Source: Hormiphora californensis (Eukaryota > Animalia > Ctenophora). From it: DNA of 64,000 bases. Each line of letters starts with the position of its first letter. Positions within the stretch are counted from its first letter, which is position 1. The stretch covers positions 7,874,001-7,938,000 of the forward strand of contig CM035353.1 in assembly GCA_020137815.1 (NCBI GenBank), written 5' to 3'. Positions 25,657 to 38,817 of this stretch are shown here, piece by piece. The notes under the pieces are model-generated. The model was not told the origin of the DNA, did no database searches, and worked only from the letters and a program-made list of their open reading frames with translations. The translations under genes and the position numbers were made by a program.

Positions 25657-27169
25657 TGTATTATACATGTGTAATGTGTATTAAGGAATTCGTCTACAAA
25701 ATCAAATCACCAACTCACTATATGTACTGCATGGCAGCAAAGAAGAGAGACAAACCACTAGGAACATCAGGTGTGATTAACAGTTGCATGGCAGCTCAGT
25801 GTGAGGACGCAGTGTGAATCAGTATCATCATATGAACCTAGTGGTTTGGGAGGCCAAGGGCTCGTATAACAGTATTATATACTGACACACAATTTAAAAA
25901 AATCAACAATAAAATTAAAATTAAAAAATCAACTATTCAAGATATGGATTCCCACTCCGCCCCTGTTCCCACTCCGGCACCACGCCCTTCAACACTAAGG
26001 AATGTAGATCGTTCTAAGGCCTACAGAGAGCAGCAACTGTGCGACATTGAAGAGGAGGGAGAATGAGAGCCAGCCAAAACTTTACCCCCACCCGGGGCCC
26101 CCACCCGCTCTAAGAACAGATTCCCATTCAGGAAGAGACTAGTTGTTATTATAAAGAGCAGAATTAAGACGAAGTCTGGTCCTTTTCTCAGGACTCAGGA
26201 TGAGGGTGAAGAGAACACTAAACACTCTCCCCAAAACTCCAAGAAAACGTCAGAGGACTTTAGAACTGGTAGCCCAAAAGGCAGGAATGCGGTTGGTGAA
26301 ACCGAGAAACTTTGCCACCTAGCCCAACTTTACCAGGTTTTATCAGGTGACAATCTAGACGTCTGGTGAATGTATACATCATTGCATAAAAAGCATATAT
26401 AGGGCCATATATAAAATATATTAGTAGTAAAGTGCACTGCATGAAAACACTGTTAGCTAAATAAATAGTTCGGCTGCACAGATGCAAAGGAGTCGTGTAG
26501 TGACCCGACGACCTGGACCGTCATTTGAAGAGAGAGAACTGGGTGAATCCTCAGATTTTTCACGACCCGATTTATTACGTTTCAACCATCTATAATCCAA
26601 CATTTTTATACATGTATTGGAATTTTTATACATGTATAGGAATATGTATTACAATTGAAATTATCAAGTCTAACCTTCCTTTGTACAGGACTAACATGAA
26701 CGACACACCTGTACCCATCGAGATGGACAGGATTTTTCCTTATATTTTCTTATATCATAAGGAGAGGACCCAACTGAGTCAAGAGAAGAGAGAGGAACGA
26801 CTGCGTAAAGACCGAGAGAGGAAAAGGGAGAAAAGTGCCCCTCGTCCCACTGGTACCCCATCAGTACACGTACGAGGAAGAAGGGAAGGCTTTGACGAAA
26901 CATTCTCTCAAAGTCTACCTACCACACCTACCACCATCTAGACGCCTGGTAAATGTATAAAATTATTAAAAGCATATATAAAATATATTAGTATAAAATG
27001 CACTACATGAAAGGTGCAAACACTGTTTTTATAGGGTTTATAGGTACACTGACCATCTTGCATGTGGAGATCCCTGGCTGTCACCCTTTCATCACCCGAC
27101 GATTTTATAATGAATTTGTATATTATGAAGTATTCCGATATTATATAGAGACCATGACCAGGAGGGGCC

Positions 27170-27500
27170 TTACAGAATGAAAGATAAGCGATGTTCTTTC
27201 TATCTGCAAGTATTTTGAGGTTCCGAACTTTTGACATAAGACGAAATGCGTCGATACCTGGATTATTACTAGGGCACATGTTGCACAAATCGAGAATTTG
27301 AATCTTTGGGCACATCTGCATTATTTCAGGAAGACATCTTTTCATAGAAATTGAGAAAGAACTACAAAATAATTCCTGTAGATTTGGCATTCGGTCAAGA
27401 AGACTCAATAATTGTGATGACAATTCGGGATCTGGCATGCCAAACTTTCTATTCAACGACAAATGAGTTAGTTTAGGGAACACTGACAGTTGATGAAACT
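27170..27500 (-). pseudogene. Leucine-rich-repeat (F-box/LRR-like) coding fragment or exon
   Basis: FPKLTHLSL, MPNLQELFC and CPKIQILDLC spaced about 26-29 aa apart inside ORF 26938-27801. Confidence 0.55.
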
Positions 27501-27659
27501 TGTTTGCTAAAATTGCCACAAACCTAGTACGAGAGTTTGGAAAACAGAATCGACCCCTTTGGAGTTCTATACATGCATCGATACAAATCGACCCCTTCGA
27601 AGGGGCCTTCCAGTGGACCCCGATTTTAAGCAAGACGATATACAACTTAATTAAACTCA

Positions 27660-27757
27660 AAACTTGGAGAGGAGATCTGGGATCTTCACCTGATGGCTTA
27701 ATAGGTGACAATGGACCTTGTGTCGAAATTAAATGTCCATTCAAGCAGAGAGATTGA
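27660..27757 (+). pseudogene. YqaJ-like (lambda-exonuclease family) fragment
   Basis: LGSSPDGLIGD-x4-VEIKCPF matches the PD-(D/E)xK SPDG...EIKCP signature. Confidence 0.7.
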
Positions 27758-28705
27758 TCGGCTAAAGAGTGGGTGGAGAAGTTCCAAAAACCACATAACA
27801 TTGAAAGGTAGGGCCATGGGTTATATAGTTGTTAGAGAAACCCCATGGTATAGAACTAATCTAAACTAAGAAAACAGATTCATTTATTTGAAACTGTTAT
27901 TATAATAGGGAAGAAATGATAGATTAGGAGACTCGGGATGTGAGTTTTCAGCCCAAAGGGAGAAGAAGAAGAGGCGATACAGTTAGGAAAGATTTCCGTT
28001 ATATGGTTATGTGCGCGGAAATGAATCTGCACGACAAAGATGATTAAAATACATAATATAAACTGGTAAGATCTTACCTATATTCCACTATCATTTGTAG
28101 CATGCATAGAAACTGTAAATTCCTGTGCAGTCGGCTGCACATATAATGCAAAGGAGTCCGGACCGGTCACATTTGTTAGAAATAAGTTCGAATTGCGCTG
28201 TAATGCGCTACTTTTTAGAGAAAGGACCGCCACGCTCCACTGTAGCAGAGCTCGATTGAGCTGAGACGCAGATCGGGAACTCAACCCGCTGCAACCGCGA
28301 CCAACAACTCAGATTTTTCTTGACCCGATAGCATTCGTTTTAGAAACGGTTTTCTTTTTCAGATTATTAACATAACCTTGCAGGTATGGATGATCAGGCA
28401 ACTAGTAGCAGCGAGAACCTGCTGAAAACGTTTCAGTGATGAACAATCCTGATGGCCTCCACTTTTTTTCTGACGGGGTGAAAAGTTATCTTTGCAAGTT
28501 CCTACCAAAAGACCAATTAGAAGCATTAATCCAGCATGGATCCTGGATATTCTCCGTCCGAGTACATAGCTGGTAAACCAGGAGAATCATGGGTGAATCC
28601 TCAGTTCCTGTGCAGTCGGCTGCACCATATGCAAAGGAGTCCGGACCCGACGACTTTGGCGGTTATATTTGAAGATATATAAAAATAAAACAATTCCAGG
28701 CCCTC

Positions 28706-29150
28706 ATGGCCGATGGGGAGGTGAATCAGATACTAAACGTGCCGAAACTAGATCCAGGGTACAACACAGGAGAGCAGGCGGCATTAGTACTTTCAGCTGA
28801 GGACCGTTTGGGTTATGCATTTGCTCCACTTCTGCAACTAGCGGACTTGGACTTGCCAGATGCTCTGCGGAAGTCATTACGGTTAGCGACAGTGGCGATC
28901 AGCCAGTGCACAGCACAGTTAAGACATATAAGGAGAGTCAGTGCCCTGGCAACCATACAAGGACGGAAGCGGCCAAGAAGACTCTGAGGGATGTATACTC
29001 AACGGACTATGTTTTTCCAGAGCAAGATAGGTTATTTGGAGAAGGGTTTAGTGCTGCTGGAGAAAAAACTAAACCATCTGCAGCGAAAGCTCCAGCAGCC
29101 CCTGCCCAGAAGAAGTTCTATGTGCCCAAAAAACAACCTTATAAGAGGTA
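28706..29150 (+). pseudogene. DIRS gag-like ORF fragment
   Basis: EDRLGYAFAPLLQLAD...LRHIRRVSAL...KTLRDVY...DRLFGEGF; paralogous pieces at 32590, 37870, 44348 and 44750; family assignment by resemblance only. Confidence 0.45.
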
Positions 29151-30964
29151 CGGGTATTTCTGGGGGTGGGGCAACTATGTTTCGTTCTGGGAAGGGTATA
29201 ATGAGTAGTAACAGTAATAGCAAAATTGATGTAGAATTGAACAATATCCATAGGACCATAGATCCAATAACGTACCAGGGGCGAACACCCTTGGAGAGGG
29301 TCGCCCTAAGTGTAAAGTGAGCACCCTTCAGGAGGGGCTCAAAGAATCAAACTATCCCTTTCTCGGCCTGGCCCGTCACGGGCCAATATTTAATGACCCG
29401 ATTTATTACGTTACGACTATCTATGATTTTATTTTTATACATAGGAATATTTCAATTGGAATTTATCTATTCTAACTTTCCTTTGTACAGGACTAAACAT
29501 GAGACGATTTACCGGTACCTCCTAAGACTACTGAGCTGGACAGGCTGTTCCCAGCCATGGAGGAGCCAGAGAGCAGACCTCTTCCAGACGGCATCAAAAC
29601 ATACATCTCTAAGTTTCTAAAGTCCGTTCGAGGAGCTCATGAACGAAAATGGTGTGACCTTGGGGCCAGTGGACACACCCAAGTTTCCCCGGTTTCACTC
29701 CCGGAGACTCAAACTGGACACGACGACTGGAACGGTCATTGAAGAAGAAAGAAGTATCCCCCCCCCCCCCCCCCAATAAAATAGTTGATTAGTTTACACC
29801 AAGCTCAAAATTCTCATTTGTTAAGAATATGGACATATTATTCGGTTACCTAACACTCATCTCTCAGGTGTCAGATGAACCAATGAATAACATCTTAACC
29901 AATTGTTTCCGGCGATCCAGGAACCAGAAATAAGACAACTCCCGAATGGAGTCTGATCGTACCTGTCTAAGTTTTTGGATAAGATTTGAGACTCTGAGTC
30001 AGCGATCCCACATACCTTCGAAAAAAAGAGGATAGCCAATCGTAAGGAGAGGGCCCAACTGAGTCAAGAGAAACGGTTGGAGCGGCTCCATAAAGACAGA
30101 GAAAGGAAAACTGGTACTCCATTTTCACGCATGCAAGAAGAAGGGAATTGGCTTTGACCAAACTCTCTCAAAATTTACCTACCATACCTACCACGATATA
30201 GACGCCTGGTGAATGTATAAAACTATAAAACCGCATATATAAAATATATTAGTTAAGTGCACTACAATGCTAAATAAACTCATGAATCCGCAATCTACAA
30301 TGCTAAATAAACTCATGAATCCGCTGCAGAAAGCTGGACGATGGAGGGACGAAGGAAGAGTTCCGACAACTTGAATTTAAAAAACATATAACGTAGGAAT
30401 TCCATTGTCATACCCATTCAAAGGAACAGTTTGAGACCCTGATGTCAGAGGTGAGGTGCGATGATTCAAGGACTGAGCATCTGACCTTCTTGCAACACAA
30501 TTCCTGTATGATGAACAATCTTACACATGGGGAAGTTCAAAACGAATTCCAGAACAAGAAAACCCGAAGGGTAGACCCCTGTGATTCAATCTTCATTCTT
30601 CATGACTATCACAAATGATTAAAAACCCTAAAATTTGATTCATTTTGTGATTTTTTGGTTCGGCCACTGCACCCCCCAGAAATATCGGGTGGGCCCGAAT
30701 CGACCATAAGGGTTATCTTTTATTTAGAATAAAAAGAGTGATAAATTTTTTAGTGTTCGATATTTCAGCTTAAATCCATGATCTCGTATTCCTACATCAT
30801 GTCGGAGTCAGGCTAATTCCTGTCGACGTCCTATCTATGGGGTGCGGTGTCATGAGGCTATACATGTCCATAACCGACAGCCACCGCCAATTCGGAAATC
30901 TTCCTATATTTTCATCTTTCTATATTTCTACATTAATCTATCTTGAACTAAATCATTGTACATA

Positions 30965-32137
30965 CAAGGTGGGCCACGGATTGTTGGTAGGGTAGCGAGT
31001 GTCCCGTCAAAACGGCGATAGGTTGCGAGAATAAAAATCATGGGAGCAATCTGGATCAATTTTTTGGTAAACTTTCCATAATTTTTTGTCAAAAATTTGA
31101 AAATTCATTTTTCATTCTTCATTCATCTCGTTCATTACTGAGTGAGCATCCTAATTTGCCATCATGGTGCTATTGTCTTTGGCTTGGAATTATCTTTTCC
31201 CCAATGAAAACACCATAAAATATTTGAAATTGAAAGCACCAGGTCACCGTTGCAGTTGAGAAAATGCTCAGCCAGATTTTGGCTCTTCCTTCGACTTTCA
31301 ATGAGCGTACACGGATCCCTTTGTTCAGCTTTTCAAAATTTGGGGAAACATTGATATAAAAAAGACTTTGCTCACAAGAAAAATCAAGAGTCAAAACTCA
31401 AAGTTCATTTCCATTTCAGGAACTTAACATCCTAAGTCATGAAAAGTTTGGGTTTTGTTGGCCTAGTCCACATGCTTCAAACTTGAGAAGATCTCTTAAT
31501 ATGGCCAAATAAATGTGTCAGGTATCAATCCGATCACATGGACACCCAAAAATAGCCCGGGACGGAAAACGCTACACACCTCTCTGGCATTGCAGAGCAT
31601 AGGCCAAACAAAAACCAAACCTTTTCAGGACTTTAGGGATGTTAGTCCGTGAAAATGAGTGGAGAGAAACATACCAAAATGAAAAATGACTTTTGAGTTT
31701 GAACTTGATTTTCTGGTGAGCAAAGATTTTGTTTATCCAATGTCACCCAAATTTGAAAAAAGATTGAAAAAGGGATCGGGATACAGCTTAATTGAAAGTC
31801 GCAGAAGAGCCAACAAAAATCATGCATGAGCATTTTTCTCAAACTGCAAAGGTGACCTGGTGCTTCAATTTATTTGTATGGTGTACATTGGAAAGTAATT
31901 CAAGCCAAAGGAAAAATAGCACCCATGATGGAAAATTAGGATTGCTCACATCATAAATGAAACGAGAAATGAATGGGAAGGACTGAAATAATGAATTTTC
32001 AAATTTTGGACAAACAAATTATGGAAAAAGTACCAAGAAAAGGTATCCAGCGTGCTCCCATGATTTTAGATTCTCGCAAAATCGCCGTTTGACGGGACAA
32101 TCGCTTAACCCTTACCAACAATCCGTGGCCCACCTTG
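30965..32137. mobile_element. TA-flanked foldback MITE with about 500-bp TIRs
   Basis: TA|CAAGGTGGGCCACGGATTGTTGGTA...TACCAACAATCCGTGGCCCACCTTG|TA. Confidence 0.8.
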
Positions 32138-32299
32138 TATATGAATGCATGATATTCAGTCATCACATTATATAAAGTTAAAAGAACCTCATTTAAGGTA
32201 AGTAAAGACGATAATACATGTTGGAGGAAAACTATGTAACTGTTATTTCATATTGGCTGGATCTAACAATAATAACAAAATATCTCTGGCGAATCAACA

Positions 32300-32470
32300 C
32301 TGTCACACTGACAAAAATAGAAAAGCAAGGAGAGACTGGATAACCATCTCGTTTGAGTACAACCAGATGTTTGAGATTTCACCACCCATCTCCATTGAAC
32401 AAGTGAGAAACAAATGGAGACATGTCTTTGGAGACAAGGCCGGCAGGCACAGAGAAGAAGGTGAGGGATT
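32300..32470 (+). pseudogene. Myb/SANT-like (trihelix) DNA-binding domain fragment, as in PIF/Harbinger ORF2
   Basis: RRDWITISFEYNQMF-x7-EQVRNKWRH. Confidence 0.55.
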
Positions 32471-33739
32471 ATAAATACATAAGACGCTAGCCTCTGCCTT
32501 ACTGATAGCAAGTAATGTTTGGGAATGTCTGGTTGACGTCCCGAAGTTCGATCTCGGTTTTACCCCTTGGGGATGATACCAACCTGTTGTTGAGCGTAGA
32601 AGAACGCCTGGCTTACGCTTACGGTCCAATCCTTACTATTGCTGATTCCAGATTCTCTACCACTTCTTTACAACTTCTCACAGGAAAGGGTGATGGGGTA
32701 GGCGGTACTGTATCGGACAGCCACCCGAAAAAAGTATAAAATTATAAAAAACATATATAAAACATAAGTAAATTCACTACATCAAAGATAAAAACACTGT
32801 TAAGTGGAGGGACGAAGGAAGAGCAGATTTCCGACAACTTGAATTTAAAAAACATATAACGTAGGAATTCCATTGTCATGCCTATTGGTAAAAAAGAAAG
32901 CCAACAAGGAACTTTTAAGGTTTTGAAGATGTTGGAATCACTCTCCAAGTCCATATACATGGACTTGGAGAGTGATTCCAACATCTTCAAAACCTTCCCG
33001 GTCATGGATGCAAATGTGGAACTTTGGCCATTTCCTTTCTGAGGAAACCCTTAAGAAGATGATTTTTGCATAAAAACTGAGAAGGCGAGCAAAGTCGTGC
33101 CGTGAATTTGCCAAGAAGTGGGGATTTAAAATGAATTTCAAGGTATAGAAATTCGTTAATTTAATGATTCAGTAATGAAAGATACTTTGACTATGAGTCA
33201 ATCTTGGAAGACAATATCACACTTTAACAGGTGGGAACAAGAATGCACAGAGACTGTAGAAAACGTCATGTCAATCCACTCTCTAACTTGTATCGTTTCG
33301 CGGAGGAAGACGAACCTCCAAGAACCCGGTCACGGTCTCCTTCAGTGGACTTCGATTACCAACTGTGCTGTTTTTTGGGGCATCAGGTGCTTGAAGTGGG
33401 TCAAGAACGCACAGGTTAGTTATAATAGGCAGTACCTTTCCATTTGCTATTGATGATAGTGAATGAACAATATTATGGACTCTATCCCATGCAGGGTGAG
33501 TGAACTGAATTGAATAGTAACACAAGCTTTATGACAGGAATAAGATATCGTTTGTGAGGACAGTTGACAAATCGTCAGGATCAGGATCATTTGATGCCAC
33601 TGTCAGATAGGCATCTATATCATATTAAAGTTGTTTGATATTAAATTTATTTATTGTTAAAGCATTTACTGCAGTTTGCAGTTATACATGCTGTTTCAAT
33701 TATAAATGGTCGGACCCATGGCGACTGGCGGTTCTCATC

Positions 33740-33870
33740 CGACGACTGGTTGGAAAGTACGAGAGGAATTTCTTTGCAACTTCTCATGGAAAAGGAGTTG
33801 TGGATGGAGTGGGCGGTGTTGTAAAGAGAGTTGTCAGACAGGCAGTTGTCTCAAGACCGCAACCGTAAAT
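33740..33870 (+). pseudogene. DNA transposase catalytic fragment (Sola-like or related DDD/E family)
   Basis: NFFATSHGKGVVDGVGGVVKRVVR. Confidence 0.7.
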
Positions 33871-35384
33871 TTTTTTTTTTGAGCCGCCGAACTTTTGTGA
33901 ATGTGGCGAAGGCAGGTGTTAAAACCACTACTTTGATCTATGTGTAGATGAGTCTAAAATACAGCGGCCATCCAGGAAAGACCAGGATGACGAGCTGTCT
34001 ACTGTAGGAAAACCTGGTGTCGACGTATCGTCCGAGTTTTTGGGATTGTTAAAGGATGTTAATGGATTTGAGCCAAATGCAAAACAGATGAAGATAATCT
34101 TCGAGCGATTTCATCGCGAAATCTCTGTGCATGTAATAAATAAGCGGCATATAAAATATATTAGTTAAGTGCACTACATGAAAGGTGCAAACATTGTTAT
34201 CTAAATAAATCGTGAGCCAGCGGGAGAAGGCTGGGATCGGGGAGAACTGTATCATGAAGAAAGTGAAAGAAGAATCGCTTTCCGTAACGACACCTCAGTT
34301 GACGAACACATGTCATGGGTCACGGAGAAAGTGAAGCCACCTCCAAAATACCTTCTTCCTATTTTCAGTTGTTGATGATGGGGCGGTTGAATGGCGGTTG
34401 GTGAAAAACAATTGTGCAGCTAGTAATGCCTCCCCCCTAGTAATCCAGAGGAGAAAAGAAAAGATACTGACGTGTGAGGAACGCAGTCTGGAGTTTCCTC
34501 TGAAGACTGGTTGGAAAGTACAAGAGGAATTCTTTACAACTTCTTACGGAATGGGGTAGGCGGTACTGTCATAAATGATGGATATCGAGAGAGATACCGT
34601 GCCAGGAAATTAGGATGATGAGGATAGAAGAGGAGAATAATCAAAAAAAGACGAGAGATATATAGTGCAGCAAACAGTGAGAGAGAAAGAGAGAGAGAGG
34701 AGAAGAGAGAGAGAACTTAGTGTGAGAGAGAGATCACTAGTAGAGATAGAAGAGATTGAAGATAAAAATTAACAATTAACGAGATGCCTAAATTATCGCA
34801 AGAGCCTAAAGGTATTACCCCCCCGCGTGAATTACATTATTATCAAAGCTAATATCAAGCTTAATTCATTCTTCATCCATCATCCAGCTGGGTTGCATAT
34901 AAGGTCCGTCATGGGACAATCAAATCAAGCCATTGCACACGTGTGACCCAGCGGTTGTGCCCCCACCGCCGAAATTTAGAGAGCACCATGCGAAACAATT
35001 GCAGGGTAAATATAAGACACGAATATAAGTACACGTGATAAATGAATAGTGTTGGATGTGCGCGCGTGATCCTTTATTCTCACGCCGACTGAAACCAGAT
35101 TGAGATCAGACTCTATCAGCTGTAGAAGCTGAAGCTTTGTTGTTTTGTTGTTAATCATTTATACCCGTGTAAATATAATATAACCCCTGACATCTTTTAT
35201 AGAATTCATTCCATGACAAACCATGTAGTCGTGTCTTGTCCTCCTACGAAACAAATAGACGAAAAAAGACAGTTATTGGATCCGTGTAATTCTAATTACG
35301 TTTCTCATACTAAAACTTATGTCAGATTTTTTTTAGGCAGTTGACTGACAGACAAACACAGCCTTTTGATTTGTACAACCTCCA

Positions 35385-35490
35385 CCACCACCAGCCGATG
35401 TACCACCTCCATCGCCAACAGCCGATGTACCACCTCCATCGCCAACAGCCGATGTACCACCTCCATCGCCAACAGCCGATGTACCACCTC
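35385..35490. repeat. 27-bp tandem repeat x4
   Basis: CCAACAGCCGATGTACCACCTCCATCG. Confidence 0.9.
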
Positions 35491-35886
35491 CGTCAGCCAC
35501 CCGAAGAAAGTATAAAGTTATAAAAAAGCATATAAATATAAGTAAATTCACTACATCAAAGATAAAAACACTGTTAAGTGGAGGGACGAAGGAAGAGTAG
35601 AGTTCCGACAACCTGAATTTAAAAAACATATAACGTAGGAATTCCATTGTCATACCCATTGGTAAAAAAGAAAACCAACAAGGAACTTAGCATGAGGATC
35701 CGAGGATGAATGGATTTATTGTTTTTGTTCTGTTTTGTTTTTGGTACTTAACTAACAAGGAACTTATAAGAAAACAGTCAGTTTGTATGTGTAAGTGAGA
35801 CTGAGACTACCCGACCCAATGAGCTGTGGGTCAAGGCAAGATCTATACATGTACTGAGGGGGAAATAGTTCCTGACTAATCCGGAG

Positions 35887-37195
35887 TGCTGGTGAATTTA
35901 ACACGACCTAGCATGCGACGGGAAACACCACTTGTACGTGGTAGCTGAGGTCTACAGAAATGGCGCTACGGTGCGGGAAAAAAACATTCCATTCCCTAAA
36001 ATCTTTTTTTTACTTTGATTTGATTTGTGGCAGAATTGAGCATATTAAACGTGGTTCCCGAAAAATCCATAATGACTTAGCACACGAAATAATGCACCAC
36101 TACCTATTTTTGCAAGTAGAATCGATTGCCGTTGAAGTCGAATCCTCAAATGACTGTTAAAATGGTCAAAAGTTGAGTTTTGTTACCATTTTTTGGAGGT
36201 TTTTGGCCCCTAAACCATTGAAAATGTTGAGATGGAATGTGAAACTAGTGCCAACCGTTAAAATGGTCATTTTTCTACCAAAGAAACCAAAGTTTTCGCC
36301 TGTTATATCCGATTTTATGGTTAGATTTGGGCAAATTGTTGAAATCTGCCAACTAGGAGAACCGTAAATTGATTTTCTTTTTTTGGATTTTGGCATTTTT
36401 GACAAACTTCTGATTGAAATGGTCATACGGAGCATGGCTAAGTTGTGTTATGGGACATTTTCGACTAAAATCCACGATTTCATACCAATCAATACAGATC
36501 GTGATTATAGAAAATTTGCGTAGGCAAACGTCAAAATAGCAAGAAAAGTTGTATTTGACGTTTGCCTACGCAATTTTCTTAAATCAAAGATCTGTTAGGA
36601 TTGGTATGAATCTTGGATTTTAGTCGAAATTCGAAAATTGTCCCATAAAACAACTTAAGCATGCTCCGATGACATTTCAATCAGAAAGTTTGCAAAAATA
36701 GCCAAATCCAAAAAAACAAGAAAACAAGTTACGGTTCTCCTAGTTGGCGATTCAACAATGCTGCCCAAATCTAACCATAACTCGGATATACACGAAAAAC
36801 TTGGGTCTTGAGTAGAAAAATGACCATTTTAAGCTGGCACTAGTTTCAAAATTCCTATCTCAAACATTTCAATGGTTTAGGGCAAAAAACCTCCAAAAAA
36901 ATGGTAAAAAATTCAACTTTGGACCATTTTACAGTCAGTTAGAGATTCGACTTCAACGGCATCGGATTCTACGTCAAAATAGGTAGGGGTGACATATTCG
37001 GTGCTAAGCATTAGGATGGGTCGCGGACCACGTGTAATACTAGCCAATTTTGACCCAAATCAATAAAAGTAAAAAAAAAGATTTAGGGAATGGAATGTTT
37101 TTCCCGCACCGTAGCGCCATTCTGTCGACCCTCAAGTCCCACGTACAAGTGGTGGGTTCCCCGTCGATGCTAGGTCGTGTTAATTTCACCAGGCA
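35887..37195. mobile_element. Foldback palindrome with about 650-bp arms, centre near 36545
   Basis: CTGGTGAATTTAACACGACCTAGCAT mirrored by ATGCTAGGTCGTGTTAATTTCACCAG; core TAGGCAAACGTCAAA...TTTGACGTTTGCCTA. Confidence 0.8.
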
Positions 37196-38189
37196 CGCCG
37201 TTGTAATGTTACGGTTTGACGAAGACGGTGATTTTTTTTATGTTTTATAAATATATGTATATATATAGTTCTATTTTCCTTGAATTGAAAACAGCCCTGA
37301 AAGATGCAAGATGGCCGGTCCCACTTTTCGAACGCCATTTATGTAATGCACGAAGTCTGGCTTAGAAGCTTTGACGGTTACGTTCGCGCGCACGGCAGTA
37401 AGTCGTGTGTGTGCGTTCTAGAAGGTGGATTTGAAAGTTGGAGCCAACCAGAAGATTTTTCAGTTCCTGGTTTACCTTCCCAGAATTCGTTAAGAAAAAG
37501 AATAGAGCGGACAGGGGATCCAGTGGGAGTCACTAACCTTCCTTCACAATATACAACCTCTCTAGCGGAGACGATCACATGAGGAAGAAGAAGAAGAAGA
37601 CCCCATTTACGAAGCATCTAGAGGCATTAGCCAACAGGCCAGAGAAACAAGAGGAAGAGGAGGCGCTGGTCGCTACCCGAATCCCTCCAGAGGAGAGAGA
37701 AGGGATCATCGCCGACTGGAAAGCTGACAAGAACACCAATGTGGAAGTAGCTAGGCGATGGGAGCAGGCATCGGGTTCCCAGTGGCAGTGAACAGCCCGA
37801 AAAGGCCACAGCAGAGGATAGACTCAGTTACGCCGCTGCCTTTGTAATATGGGGTACACGAAAGCTGAAAAGTACGAATGTCAGCAGAGTTACGCGTACG
37901 CCCCACTGCTACAACTGGCAGATTTTGACCTTCCGGATTCTCCGGCACTCTGGGCAACTCGCTACAGTAACGGCAGGAGCGGTAAGGGATACTACTATAT
38001 TATTAAATTATTATATAGTATAACTACTGATACGGAGACTAACTGAAATGGGTAGTGGGAGAAGAAGAACTGGCAATTTATGGGCGGTGTGTGATAGCCA
38101 AAAGGGCAGCGGGACGCGAGAGTAAACAACGAAGGTAGGGACAAGTTTTCCTGCCCGACCGAAGTTGGGTTGTTTGAAATTGAGACAGA

Positions 38190-38817
38190 TACACAGAGGT
38201 AGGACCTGAGGGCATTCAGCGCAGCCATAACAACTTTTAGCCGCGCGCGCCGCACACAAGCCGTGGCTTGACCAGAGATATGATTGATATGATGACGTGT
38301 AGTTTTCTATTTTACCACTTCTTGTTACAACCAAAACTAACGTGTTTCAAGTCATCCGAGTAATCAAAGATAAAGTTATCATAGTCATAACCATTCTTCC
38401 ATTAGGCTCAAGGCATTACAATGGCGACGAGTTTGGCGAATACGATCGAGCCGTGGGATGGCAAAGCTGAGACCTTGCGTGGGTGGATGGACAGGTTGAG
38501 TCAATTTTTTGTCCTGAACTCATCTTCTAAAGAAAAGCAGGTTGCAAGCTTGCTAGTACACATAGGAAGAGAAGGTTATCACATGTTAGAGGATCTGACG
38601 TACCCAGAGCAGCCATCAACCAAGTCTTTCAAGCAGTTGAAGAGACTGTTACAGGAGGGTGTGATGCCACGAGAACTTATAATTGCGGAGAGGGCCAAGT
38701 TCTATGTCGTTACACAACCAAAAGTAACGTGTTTCAAGTCATCCGAGTAATCAAAGATATAGTTAGTAATCAAAGATAAATTCATAACCATTCTTCCATT
38801 AGGCTCAAGGCATTACA
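38190..38817 (+). mobile_element. Internally deleted Ty3/Gypsy element: LTR, PBS, gag 5' end, partial LTR
   Basis: ...GGCATTACA|ATGGCGACGAG; the LTR 3' part recurs at 38709-38817; LTR start approximate. Confidence 0.75.
38421..38705 (+). pseudogene. gag: Gypsy gag N-terminal fragment
   Basis: MATS...IEPWDGKAETLRGWMDRLSQFF...IIAERAKFY, closely similar in protein to the gag at 48180. Confidence 0.8.
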
